The position numbers and the translations under genes were made by a program. DNA of 64,000 bases, from assembly GCA_023228875.1 (NCBI GenBank), contig JALOAG010000009.1, forward strand, positions 22,362 through 86,361, given 5' to 3'. Below, piece after piece: positions 53,286 through 62,181 of the stretch. Origin of the DNA: Bacteroidia bacterium. GTDB taxonomy: Bacteria > Bacteroidota > Bacteroidia > NS11-12g > UBA955. Under the pieces are notes generated by a model that was not told the origin of the DNA, did no database searches, and worked only from the letters and a program-made list of their open reading frames with translations. Every line of letters begins with the position of its first letter. Position 1 is the first letter of the stretch.

Positions 53286-54339
53286 TAGAAAAAGTGTTTT
53301 CAGACAGATACTCTCCCACAAATTGGGATTGTTTGGCGTAATATGGGTTTTTCTTTGTCTTGTTATTGCTGTCTTAGGTTATGCTATTACTCCGGATGAT
53401 TCTCCACTTGCCAACAGAATAAATTTACATGCAGCGTTTCTTAAACCTATGAGTAAAGTCATGCTTTATGCCCCCGATAATACTCAAGCAACAGACATGT
53501 CTTTCTTTTCAAGAATGATTTCGGGCAATCCCGCTACCGCAAATGATAAAGTTTACAATCGTAAAGAGCAGCGCAATGATTCTTTCTTTTTGTGGTTTGA
53601 CAAGGCTGAATCTGCACCATTTTTGGTTGCAGAAGGCTTACAATCATCTGATTCAAAAAGGTTTCACAAACCGTTTACCTTTTATCTGGGTTCAGACAAT
53701 TATGGTAGGGATGTGTTGAGTCGTTTGTTGCTGGGAACAAGGATTTCATTGTCTGTAGGTTTCATTGCAGTAGTAATTTCATTGGTTTTGGGTGTTGTAC
53801 TTGGGTTGATTGCCGGTTATTATGGAAAATGGAGCGATAAGCTAATTATGTGGTTTGCAAGTGTACTTTGGTCTTTACCAACTTTGTTGTTGGTATTGGC
53901 ATTTAGTTTTGCATTAGGCAAGGGATTCTGGCAGATCTTTGTTGCCATTGGTTTGAGTAGCTGGGTGGAACTCACAAGGGTTGTCAGGGGTGAAGTAATC
54001 AGCATTAAAGAAAAGGAGTATATAAAAGCTGCCAAGTTATTGGGAGTAAATGACTTTAGCCTTCTGTTCAGGCATATTTTGCCCAATGTGCTTGGCTCTG
54101 TCATAGTGATTTGCACAGCAAATTTTGCTTCTGCCATTTTATTAGAAGCAGGTTTGAGCTTTTTAGGACTTGGCGTCAAACCGCCCACTCCAAGTTGGGG
54201 TATTATGATTAATGAGTATTATGGGTTTATTTTGTTAGGTAAAGCCTATCTTGCATTGGTACCCGGTTTTACCATCATGATGTTGGTGGTTGCATTGAAC
54301 TTTATTGGTATAGCACTTAGGGATGTATTGAACAAATAA
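53266..54339 (+). CDS. ABC transporter permease (DppC/OppC-like)
   Basis: It has the EAA-like LSFLGLGVKPP loop and six TM segments. It overlaps the Wzy gene by 20 bp. Confidence 0.8.
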   Translation: MSSPANNRKSVFRQILSHKLGLFGVIWVFLCLVIAVLGYAITPDDSPLANRINLHAAFLKPMSKVMLYAPDNTQATDMSFFSRMISGNPATANDKVYNRKEQRNDSFFLWFDKAESAPFLVAEGLQSSDSKRFHKPFTFYLGSDNYGRDVLSRLLLGTRISLSVGFIAVVISLVLGVVLGLIAGYYGKWSDKLIMWFASVLWSLPTLLLVLAFSFALGKGFWQIFVAIGLSSWVELTRVVRGEVISIKEKEYIKAAKLLGVNDFSLLFRHILPNVLGSVIVICTANFASAILLEAGLSFLGLGVKPPTPSWGIMINEYYGFILLGKAYLALVPGFTIMMLVVALNFIGIALRDVLNK

Positions 54340-54413
54340 GAAAATTTCCGGTTTCATTTCCCTTTTTCAATATAAAAATGCTTTACTTCGCAGTCTAATA
54401 ATAAGGCAATATT

Positions 54414-54575
54414 ATGGCAGCAGAAAATACAGCAAAAAGCAGAGGAAAATACTGGTTATTCTTTTTATTATCAGTTATTGGACTTGTTTTACTCCTTATG
54501 TATTCCCCCGCAATATTTTGGTTTGCACTCCCTCCGGGTGTTACCAGCCTTGCTTTAGCAATGGATTGGATTTAA
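54414..54575 (+). CDS. Unannotated 53-aa small membrane protein (hypothetical)
   Basis: ATG at 54414 opens an ORF of MAAENTAKSRGKYWLFFLLSVIGLVLLLMYSPAIFWFALPPGVTSLALAMDWI*, with a basic N-terminus then one or two TM helices. It fell below the track length cutoff and fills the gap before corA. Confidence 0.3.
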   Translation: MAAENTAKSRGKYWLFFLLSVIGLVLLLMYSPAIFWFALPPGVTSLALAMDWI

Positions 54576-54604
54576 TTTGAATTGGATTATGCCATTCTAA
54601 GACA

Positions 54605-55687
54605 ATGCGTAAGCGTATTATTAGGCATAAACCCATCAGAAGGCATCATAAGAGAAAGCCTGGATTGCCTCCGGCAAGTCTTATCAGAAGAAGTTCCGAT
54701 GATTTTCTCGATACTGAGCTAAAGTACATTAGCTACAACATTGATTTCATTGAAGAGAAACAAATAAAGTCTCTCTCTGAGTTACCAGAAAAATCTCCCG
54801 ACAAGTTTTTATGGTTAAACATTACAGGTCTTAATGATTTGGAATTACTGAAAGACGTAGGTAATAAGTTTAATATACATCCTTTATTGTTGGAAGACAT
54901 TATTAATACTGACCAAAGACCCAAATTTGATGATTTTGAAGACAAACTCGCGTTAACTCTCCGGTTATATTACAACGACACTATAGAAAGTGTCACAGAT
55001 GGCGAGCAGGTTACATTGGTTATGGGTGAGAATGTACTTATCTCTTTTCTCGAAAAACCAACAGACATTTTCGAGCCTATTTATGAAAGACTCCGAAAAA
55101 CCACCAGTGGGGTCAGGGCACATTCTTCTGATTTTCTCTTTTATGCTTTGGCAGATTTAATTATTGACTATTATTTTGTGTTTATTGAAGTCCTTGGAGA
55201 CAAGATTGAAGCCTTAGAAGACTCACTTTATTTACAACCCAATGACAGTAGTTTAGAGCGTATCCATGATTTAAAAACTGAATTACTGAATTTCAGGCGT
55301 AATGTTTTTCCATTGCGCGAAGCGATAGGACAAATCCAAAGAAGTGCTTCAAGACTTATTGAACCTGAAACCCAGCGATTTTGGACTGATGCTTATGATC
55401 ACGTTATCAGGATTATTGATTTGTTAGAAAATTACAGAGAGTTGAATAACGGACTCAGGGACATTTATTTGTCGGGACTCAGTATCAAGATGAATAAAAT
55501 CATGCAATTGCTCACGATTATTTCAACCATTTTCATACCCCTCACTTTTATTGTTGGTGTGTACGGTATGAATTTTCATTATATGCCGGAATTAGGCTGG
55601 AAATATGGTTATTTTATGGTATGGGCAGCAATGGTGCTGATTGTGCTGGGAATGTTAATTTATTTCAAACGGAAACGCTGGCTGTAA
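54605..55687 (+). CDS. corA: Magnesium/cobalt transporter CorA
   Basis: It has the YGMNF motif and two C-terminal TM helices. Confidence 0.85.
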   Translation: MRKRIIRHKPIRRHHKRKPGLPPASLIRRSSDDFLDTELKYISYNIDFIEEKQIKSLSELPEKSPDKFLWLNITGLNDLELLKDVGNKFNIHPLLLEDIINTDQRPKFDDFEDKLALTLRLYYNDTIESVTDGEQVTLVMGENVLISFLEKPTDIFEPIYERLRKTTSGVRAHSSDFLFYALADLIIDYYFVFIEVLGDKIEALEDSLYLQPNDSSLERIHDLKTELLNFRRNVFPLREAIGQIQRSASRLIEPETQRFWTDAYDHVIRIIDLLENYRELNNGLRDIYLSGLSIKMNKIMQLLTIISTIFIPLTFIVGVYGMNFHYMPELGWKYGYFMVWAAMVLIVLGMLIYFKRKRWL

Positions 55688-55690
55688 TCA

Positions 55691-56458
55691 TTACTTAGCT
55701 TCATTCCACCATACATCCATCTGCTGCAAACTTAGCTCTTCTAATTTCACTCCATTCTCGCGAGCGCGTTGCTCAATATATTCAAACCTTTTTTTGAATT
55801 TTCTGTTGGTTGCTTCTAAAGCATCATCAGGATTGATGTCTTCAAAACGGGCATAGTTTACCAGAGAGAATAGAAAATCCCCAAATTCGGCTTCTTTTTC
55901 GTGTTTGTTTTTTGCTTGTTGAAACTCCTCCCATTCTTCCCAAACTTTCTTTAAAACATCAGCTTTGTTATCCCAATCAAAACCGGCACGTGCTGCTTTT
56001 TCTTGCATTCGCAATGCTTTAATTAGACTTGGCATGGAAGCCGGGACTCCCGAAAGATATGATTTAGGTTCTGTGGCACTTTTTTCGGTTTGCTTAATCT
56101 GCTCCCAGTTTTGTTTTACATCTTCTGCATTCTTAACCTGCACATCTCCATAAATATGGGGGTGCCGCCTTATGAGTTTTTCGCAAAGGGTGTTAATAAT
56201 ATCTGTGATGTCAAACCACTTGAGTTCATCTGCTATTTTTCCATAGAAAACAATGTGCAAAAGGATGTCTCCAATCTCTTTTTTGATGTCGTCCTGATTG
56301 TTTTCCAATATAGCACCTGAAAGTTCATGCACTTCCTCAATAGTCAGATGGCGGATTGATTCAATCGTTTGTTCTCGATCCCACGGGCATTTTTCCCGCA
56401 GTTCTGACATAATATCTAATAAGCGTCCGAAAGCCTCTAGCGCTTTGCCTTTCTCCAT
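55691..56458 (-). CDS. mazG: Nucleoside triphosphate pyrophosphohydrolase MazG
   Basis: Tandem MazG domains with EExxE motifs. Confidence 0.85.
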   Translation of the reverse strand: MEKGKALEAFGRLLDIMSELREKCPWDREQTIESIRHLTIEEVHELSGAILENNQDDIKKEIGDILLHIVFYGKIADELKWFDITDIINTLCEKLIRRHPHIYGDVQVKNAEDVKQNWEQIKQTEKSATEPKSYLSGVPASMPSLIKALRMQEKAARAGFDWDNKADVLKKVWEEWEEFQQAKNKHEKEAEFGDFLFSLVNYARFEDINPDDALEATNRKFKKRFEYIEQRARENGVKLEELSLQQMDVWWNEAK

Positions 56459-57187
56459 TTATTTAAGAAAGTTGTTGTGATTCATTACTTCCATGAATGA
56501 ATCTTTATAATTCTTGCCAATTGGAATATGTTTATTACCAATGGTTACATGGGTTCCAGAAAGTGAAGTTACTTTGTTGATAGCTACAATAAAAGAGCGG
56601 TGTACACGCACAAACTTGTCTTTAGGCAGGGTGGTTTCCATTTTCTTCATTGTTTGCAGGGTGATGATACGTTTGTCATCAGGAATGTGAATTTTTACGT
56701 AGTCTGCAAATGCTTCTATATACAGGATATCTTCGTAATTGAGTTTAACAAATTTAAAATCAGCTTTTACAAAAATGTGTCCATCTTCCAATTTGGTGTT
56801 CTCATCCTCTTTGGATTTTTTGATTTTAAGAAACTCTTCTAACTTGTCAATAGACTTTTTAAATCTATCCACAGGAACAGGTTTTACAAGGTAATCCAAT
56901 GCTTCAAGGTCAAAAGCTTCTACCGCATATTCAGGATATGCAGTAACAAAAATTACAGGGATTCTTTTGTCTTCAATCTTTTTGAGAAACTGCAGCCCTG
57001 TTTCGTGAGGCATTTGTATATCCAGAAAAATTGCATCAACTGGTTCTTGGTTAATAAATTCTAATGCATCATGCGTATTTCTAAATCTTCCAATAACCTC
57101 AAGATGAGGAAATTTGGAGATATGTGAACTCAGCACTTCTGTTGCTAAGGGTTCATCGTCCACTAAAATTAGTTTTACTTTTTCCAT
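56459..57187 (-). CDS. LytTR-family two-component response regulator
   Basis: A receiver domain (LILVDDEP...D) plus a C-terminal LytTR DNA-binding domain. Confidence 0.85.
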   Translation of the reverse strand: MEKVKLILVDDEPLATEVLSSHISKFPHLEVIGRFRNTHDALEFINQEPVDAIFLDIQMPHETGLQFLKKIEDKRIPVIFVTAYPEYAVEAFDLEALDYLVKPVPVDRFKKSIDKLEEFLKIKKSKEDENTKLEDGHIFVKADFKFVKLNYEDILYIEAFADYVKIHIPDDKRIITLQTMKKMETTLPKDKFVRVHRSFIVAINKVTSLSGTHVTIGNKHIPIGKNYKDSFMEVMNHNNFLK

Positions 57188-57198
57188 GGTTTGTTATT

Positions 57199-58272
57199 TT
57201 ATTTTAAATCTATTTTAAGCATTACCGAATAAGAATCCTCTTTATCAGTAATTTGCAGGGTATGGTTGTTTGGGTAGAGCAATTTTAATCTATTTTTGGT
57301 ATTTTGTAGTCCAATACCACCTACTCTTTCGTTTTTAACAGTTAAATTCTCGTTAGGTTTTGAATTTTCAATAGAGAAACTGAGCTGTTTGTTTTCGGCG
57401 TCCGCATTAATCTTTATCAATATCCATGCATCATCTTTGTGAGAGTTCACCCCATGTTTAAAACTGTTTTCAACAAAATTTATAAACAACAAAGGTTCAA
57501 TCATGATGGACGAAATATCCCCTTGAATATCAAAGCAAATTTTAACCCTGTCACCCATTCTGATTTTTTCTAAAGCAATCAAGTCATTTAAGTAATTGAT
57601 TTCTTTTTCTAAAGGCACTTGTGATTCACTGGTTTCATAAAGCAGATAGCGCAAAATGTTGGCAAGGCTCATCACCATTTCAGGTGCTTTGTCTGATTTT
57701 GTGAGGGTGAGTGCATACAAACTGTTCAAACTATTAAACAGAAAATGCGGATTGATTTGTGATTTTAAGAATTTCAGTTCATTGCTAATATTTAATTCTT
57801 GCAAGGCTTTGTTGGCGCGATTTTGACTAAACCATTCAGAGAAAATATGGAAGAATGAGGTAATAGACACAGATAACAACAAGTAAGCTGAATTTACAAA
57901 AAAGAACATGGGTGTCCAAATGTTTGCAGCCAAGAACTCATTAGTCAAAAAGAAATTGTTGGTGATAATGGCAAGAGGAAAACAGAAAAAAAGAATCGTT
58001 AGACTTGTAACAATCAGGTAGGTAAGATAATGCCTTCTATACAATAAAAAAGGAATAAAGAAGTAGATGTTAATATAAGCTGCCAGTATATGAATTACTG
58101 AAAAACTTAATGCAGGGAGCACATTCTTTTCAAAACTTGAATAAGGTCCAATGATTCGGAGAATCACAAAAAAGAACAATACCCAATAGACAAAACGATA
58201 CAGTTTATAATGAAAGAAAAAATCCTTTAACTTGTGTGAAAAGGCTACCAAAGCAACTCTGAAAGTCTGCAC
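57199..58272 (-). CDS. Sensor histidine kinase (LytS/His_kinase PF06580 type)
   Basis: Multi-TM N-terminus, an H-box NPHFLFNSLNSL and an HATPase_c domain. Confidence 0.8.
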   Translation of the reverse strand: MQTFRVALVAFSHKLKDFFFHYKLYRFVYWVLFFFVILRIIGPYSSFEKNVLPALSFSVIHILAAYINIYFFIPFLLYRRHYLTYLIVTSLTILFFCFPLAIITNNFFLTNEFLAANIWTPMFFFVNSAYLLLSVSITSFFHIFSEWFSQNRANKALQELNISNELKFLKSQINPHFLFNSLNSLYALTLTKSDKAPEMVMSLANILRYLLYETSESQVPLEKEINYLNDLIALEKIRMGDRVKICFDIQGDISSIMIEPLLFINFVENSFKHGVNSHKDDAWILIKINADAENKQLSFSIENSKPNENLTVKNERVGGIGLQNTKNRLKLLYPNNHTLQITDKEDSYSVMLKIDLK

Positions 58273-58277
58273 GGATT

Positions 58278-58499
58278 TTACTGATTGTGCATGTTACGAA
58301 AACTTTTGAATAGTTCGTATGTCCATGAAAGCAGATGAAATGAATTATCTTTTGATTGATTTGATTCTGTCAATCCCTCAACTTCCTGATATCCCGTCTT
58401 AGTAAAATATGTTTTTGTAACTCTGTATGCAAAAATGTTAAGGGTAATTAATGCAACAATTAACAATACAAGAGTTAAATTTTTAAAGATAGTTCTCAT
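58278..58499 (-). CDS. Small membrane protein (hypothetical)
   Basis: A 73-aa protein with a single N-terminal TM, 6 bp upstream of the kinase gene on the same strand. Confidence 0.3.
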   Translation of the reverse strand: MRTIFKNLTLVLLIVALITLNIFAYRVTKTYFTKTGYQEVEGLTESNQSKDNSFHLLSWTYELFKSFRNMHNQ

Positions 58500-58546
58500 A
58501 CGTTGTATAAACTATTTAGGCTTTTAATAGATTGGACAAAGGTCGT

Positions 58547-60397
58547 TTATTTCCTGTTTAATTCAAAATATTTTTTCATAAAAATTTGCTGATATATACG
58601 CCCAAACAATGCGCTTTCATTAAACTCATCTACATGCTTTGTATTCGGTTCATAGGTGGTAATTTTATTCAAGATATTATCCCAAGCAATAAACTTATCT
58701 TGATATATAAGTCCAAATCCATTGTCGAATGAATAAAGCGCAAATGGTCTTTGTGATAGAGGGTTATGATAGAATATAAATGAATATACCGGATAGTTCA
58801 TATTTTGCAAGAGAAAGGGCAGTAATGATGTTTGAGATACAGGATTGTCAATGCTCTTCCCCTTGTAAACCGGGTGTAATGCTCCTCCAAGAATCAGAGC
58901 AGGGATATGAAATTTTTGTTTAGCAAAAAATTGCCCATAATCTATCCCTACATCCCGACCATGATCTCCGGTGATCACCAATATTGTATTGGAATAGTAC
59001 TTAGATTGTTTAAACCAGTCAATAAAATCATAGACACAACTGTCTGTGTACCGATATGCTGCTTCCATTTTATTTGGCTTATGATTTTGTACCGGTATAT
59101 CATAAGGTTCATGTGTGCTTAAACTCAAGAGTGAAATAAAAAACGGACTTTGGGTTTGTGTCAGTTGATTTTTAAGCTCTGCAAAAACATCTTGGTCATG
59201 GTAGCCCCATGAGCCTTTTGCTGTTCTTGAACTTATGTTTTTTTCGTCTATTATATGGTCAAAGCAAGTGTTTTTAAGATAATAACCCATATTGGCAAAC
59301 GAAATGTCGCCTCCATAAATAAAAGTGTTACTGTATTGATTTTTAGCTAAAATACATGAAACCGAAGATAGTTTACTTGCTTTTTCGGGCTCAAAAAGGA
59401 TAGAAGTAAGCGGTTGTGCAGGAAATCCATTCAACAATGCAACCAACCCCTTGTCGGTTCTGTTTCCACTCGCATACATTTTGGAAAAAAAGTATGCACT
59501 GTCCATGATATGGTTCATTGACTGCGTCCAATCATAAGTGCCACCAATGCGTTGGAAAGTCTCGGCAGAAAGACTTTCCAGAATTAGTAAGATGACATTA
59601 GGATGTGTATTTTCTTTAAACAAAGGAGGGCTGATAGTTACACCTTGTTCCAAGTTTTGTTTTAAGAATTCTGTAGCTATGGATTCATTTACTACCTGAA
59701 ATTGCTCGTATTTCACACGATTGTCTTTGTTTAAAAAATTATAGCAGAAACTCCATAAGCTATTTACAGAAGCGGTGTTCAAATAATGATTCGAAGAATA
59801 CACGACCCTGCTTTGATTGATAGGAACTTTGCCAATACCTCCGCGCATAAGCACTCCGGAAATGAGCATCAATAGACAAATAGAGACAAATGATAGCCAT
59901 GTTAAACGCGGTGCAGCTGCCATTTTATTCAACAGCGATGACAACAGACGTTTTAGAATAAAATAAAAGACCACAAATTGCGTGATAACCACAATAACAA
60001 ATGCAATGACTATTGGGAAATCAACAGACGCAAATGCATCGCCAAGGTGTTGTGAGTAGAACATTGCAGCATAATTCAGCCTTGCCCCCCAATGAATAAA
60101 CAATTCGGCATCTATGGCATTGAGTAAAAATAAACAAAAATGAATACACTGATAGTAAACCAAGAGAGGCAGCCGGAGTTTGTTACAATCAAATATGTTG
60201 CACACCGGTAAAACCGGTATTAACGTATAAGCTGCAACTGCTAAATCAAGTGGTAATCCGTGCCAAAAACTAACAAGAGTATGCAAAAAATCGTCTGCAT
60301 AGTGAATATCGCGCAACAGAAATGCTGCTCTTGCAATGGCAGCACCTGATAACATGATAAAAAAATGGTAAAAAAAGAGTACAAAATTCCTCTTCAT
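58547..60397 (-). CDS. LTA synthase/sulfatase family protein (phosphoglycerol-transferase-like)
   Basis: N-terminal multi-TM domain plus an extracellular alkaline-phosphatase-superfamily domain. Start reset to ATG 60397 because the longer ORF would overlap the tRNA. Confidence 0.8.
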   Translation of the reverse strand: MKRNFVLFFYHFFIMLSGAAIARAAFLLRDIHYADDFLHTLVSFWHGLPLDLAVAAYTLIPVLPVCNIFDCNKLRLPLLVYYQCIHFCLFLLNAIDAELFIHWGARLNYAAMFYSQHLGDAFASVDFPIVIAFVIVVITQFVVFYFILKRLLSSLLNKMAAAPRLTWLSFVSICLLMLISGVLMRGGIGKVPINQSRVVYSSNHYLNTASVNSLWSFCYNFLNKDNRVKYEQFQVVNESIATEFLKQNLEQGVTISPPLFKENTHPNVILLILESLSAETFQRIGGTYDWTQSMNHIMDSAYFFSKMYASGNRTDKGLVALLNGFPAQPLTSILFEPEKASKLSSVSCILAKNQYSNTFIYGGDISFANMGYYLKNTCFDHIIDEKNISSRTAKGSWGYHDQDVFAELKNQLTQTQSPFFISLLSLSTHEPYDIPVQNHKPNKMEAAYRYTDSCVYDFIDWFKQSKYYSNTILVITGDHGRDVGIDYGQFFAKQKFHIPALILGGALHPVYKGKSIDNPVSQTSLLPFLLQNMNYPVYSFIFYHNPLSQRPFALYSFDNGFGLIYQDKFIAWDNILNKITTYEPNTKHVDEFNESALFGRIYQQIFMKKYFELNRK

Positions 60398-60450
60398 GGA
60401 TTGGCAAAAATATTTGAAATCTCGGATTATATTTGCACCCCGTTCATAGA

Positions 60451-60534
60451 GCCCGGGTGGTGAAATTGGTAGACACGCCACTTTGAGGGGGTGGTGCTCT
60501 TACGAGTGTGCAAGTTCGAATCTTGTCCCGGGCA
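60451..60534 (+). tRNA. tRNA-Leu (anticodon GAG)
   Basis: Manual fold: a 7-bp acceptor stem (GCCCGGG/CCCGGGC), 3-bp D stem, anticodon loop TTGAGGG, long variable arm, T-loop TTCGAAT and discriminator A. Confidence 0.85.
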
Positions 60535-60540
60535 CAATAA

Positions 60541-60579
60541 AAACGAGCTGTCATTATTGACAGCTCGTTTGTTTTTTTT
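60541..60579 (+). terminator. Intrinsic terminator after tRNA-Leu
   Basis: A 13-bp perfect stem AAACGAGCTGTCA/TGACAGCTCGTTT with loop TTAT, followed by GTTTTTTTT. Confidence 0.75.
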
Positions 60580-60756
60580 CAACTAAGATTTAAGTAGAAA
60601 CGCAATTAGTGCAATTTATATGCTTGAAATCTATACAACGCTACTCAGTATTGTATTACGTACTGAGATTTTATAAATTCAAACTCGATTCGAAAGATTC
60701 CCTTCTTCTAATGGCAACTAATGAGGTCATTATTTGAATAGAAACTTGGTTTGGCT

Positions 60757-60800
60757 GGGTTTTTTAGGGAGTTGTGCAACGGTTACTGCTGTTGGCGGAT
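60757..60800. repeat. Partial, diverged copy of the 3' end of the ~209-bp repeat (contains GTTGTGCAAC palindrome)
   Basis: TTTTTTAGGGAGTTGTGCAACGGTTACTGCTGTTGGCGG aligns to the repeat end TTTTTTAGAGAGTTGTGCAACAGCTACTGATGTTACAGGCTGG. Confidence 0.6.
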
Positions 60801-60823
60801 GAACTTCTGTCTGTTCGTATAAT

Positions 60824-61744
60824 TTATTCTTCTCCAAAATAATCGCTGTCAATTTTTTTGAGTTCATAAGTCTGCTGTGTTGTACAGCCAAGATTATAGT
60901 CAATCATTAGTTGAGCCAACTGTACACCATCTATAAGAACTATTTTAGTTTCATTTCTCGGAGTATATTCTAACGCTTCTTTTGTAAAGTTAGATGTCGT
61001 GATGAAAATTCCTTTTTTTGCACCTTGTCCGGCAAGCGCTCCAACAAATTTTTGAAGTTCAGGTCGCCCAACTACATTTCCTGGTTTCCAACGTTTGGCT
61101 TGAATGTAAATAATGTCAAGTCCGAGTTTGTCCTCTTTTATTGTTCCGTCAATTCCTTCGTCACCGCTTTTACCCATCGCTTTTCCAGCGTCCTTGATTG
61201 AACCACCGTAACCCATTTTCACTAACAGCTCGACTACAAGCCGTTCAAAAAAGGCAGGAGAGAGGTCAACAACTTTGTTTAGCAATTCAGATGCTAATGA
61301 CTTTCTTATTCGTTGATACGCTTTGTCTAAACTCTCTTCAGGCGTTTGTTCGTTGTTCTCAATTATTGTTGTTTCATCTTCTTCGTTATCACTGTTGTTT
61401 TTCGAAGCATTCTGAAACTCTATAAATGCAGGAAACTGTCTTAAATACTTTGTATCAATTTTGTCAGGTTTTTTCGCTAAAGTCTGTTTGCCAAGGTCTG
61501 TAATTACAAATGTCGCCCGTTTCGGAGAGTCAAGCATACCGGCTTTTTTTAGATAAGTTTTTGCCCAACCAACTCTGTTGTCAAAAATGGCTTGGTTACC
61601 ACTTGCCAAAAGTTCTTTTCTTTCTTCGTCTGTTACTTTAAATTCAATTGCCAAACTCTCAATTAAATCTCTGTATTTGTGTTCCTGTCCATCTTCTACA
61701 TGTTTGAGTAAAGGAAGCATTAATGATTGATAGTCTGGTATCAT
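60824..61744 (-). CDS. mrr: Mrr-family type IV (modification-dependent) restriction endonuclease
   Basis: An N-terminal Mrr_N winged-helix domain plus a C-terminal Mrr_cat domain (D...IYIQAKRW, PD-(D/E)xK-like). Confidence 0.8.
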   Translation of the reverse strand: MIPDYQSLMLPLLKHVEDGQEHKYRDLIESLAIEFKVTDEERKELLASGNQAIFDNRVGWAKTYLKKAGMLDSPKRATFVITDLGKQTLAKKPDKIDTKYLRQFPAFIEFQNASKNNSDNEEDETTIIENNEQTPEESLDKAYQRIRKSLASELLNKVVDLSPAFFERLVVELLVKMGYGGSIKDAGKAMGKSGDEGIDGTIKEDKLGLDIIYIQAKRWKPGNVVGRPELQKFVGALAGQGAKKGIFITTSNFTKEALEYTPRNETKIVLIDGVQLAQLMIDYNLGCTTQQTYELKKIDSDYFGEE

Positions 61745-61951
61745 ATGTTCTTTTAAATATCTGTTCGTTTTCTGTTTAGTTGTCGTCTTTTAGGCTGCCC
61801 GCTAACGGCAGACTGTCTAATAACTTCCTTTCTCCGTTAATTCCGCTGCTAAACTACGCATTTAGTTCAAGTTTAGGCAACTTTAAAGAAGCCTTTTTCA
61901 AAGGTAGATTTCCCTAAAGTGAAAAATAAAATGCTGTAAAACGGCTTAAAT

Positions 61952-62160
61952 TAGCGCGAGCCATGCAAAAAATAGAGGCAACTGCGCAAAACACCTTTCG
62001 TTTTTTTATTGACTACATCACAACGCTCACAACTCCTATATAAACCACCCAAAAAACCAACTTAAAAAGCATAGTTGAAAAAACAAGTGTGCTTAAATCG
62101 CTTCTAATGAAGCCGTTTTTGATGTTTTTTTCTTTTTTTAGAGAGTTGTGCAACAGCTAC
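61952..62160. repeat. ~209-bp direct repeat, copy A
   Basis: Identical to 63361-63570 apart from one extra G in copy B. It lies immediately 3' of the TPR gene stop. Confidence 0.85.
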
Positions 62161-62181
62161 CCGTGTTATGCACCGTTTTTC

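Noticed and set aside
58907-59122. 71-aa plus-strand ORF within the sulfatase gene
   Set aside because: It is nested antisense within a well-supported sulfatase-family CDS.
60398-60481. N-terminal 28-aa extension of the sulfatase ORF (MACLPISPPGLYERGANIIRDFKYFCQS)
   Set aside because: The extension would run through the tRNA-Leu gene on the opposite strand. The internal ATG at 60397 gives a normal N-terminal TM start.
61745-61951. Possible att site or tRNA 3'-end duplication marking an island boundary
   Set aside because: No copy of the tRNA-Leu 3' segment (GTTCGAATCTTGTCCCGGGCA) is visible between 60540 and 63700, so a classic tRNA-targeted integration boundary is not supported.
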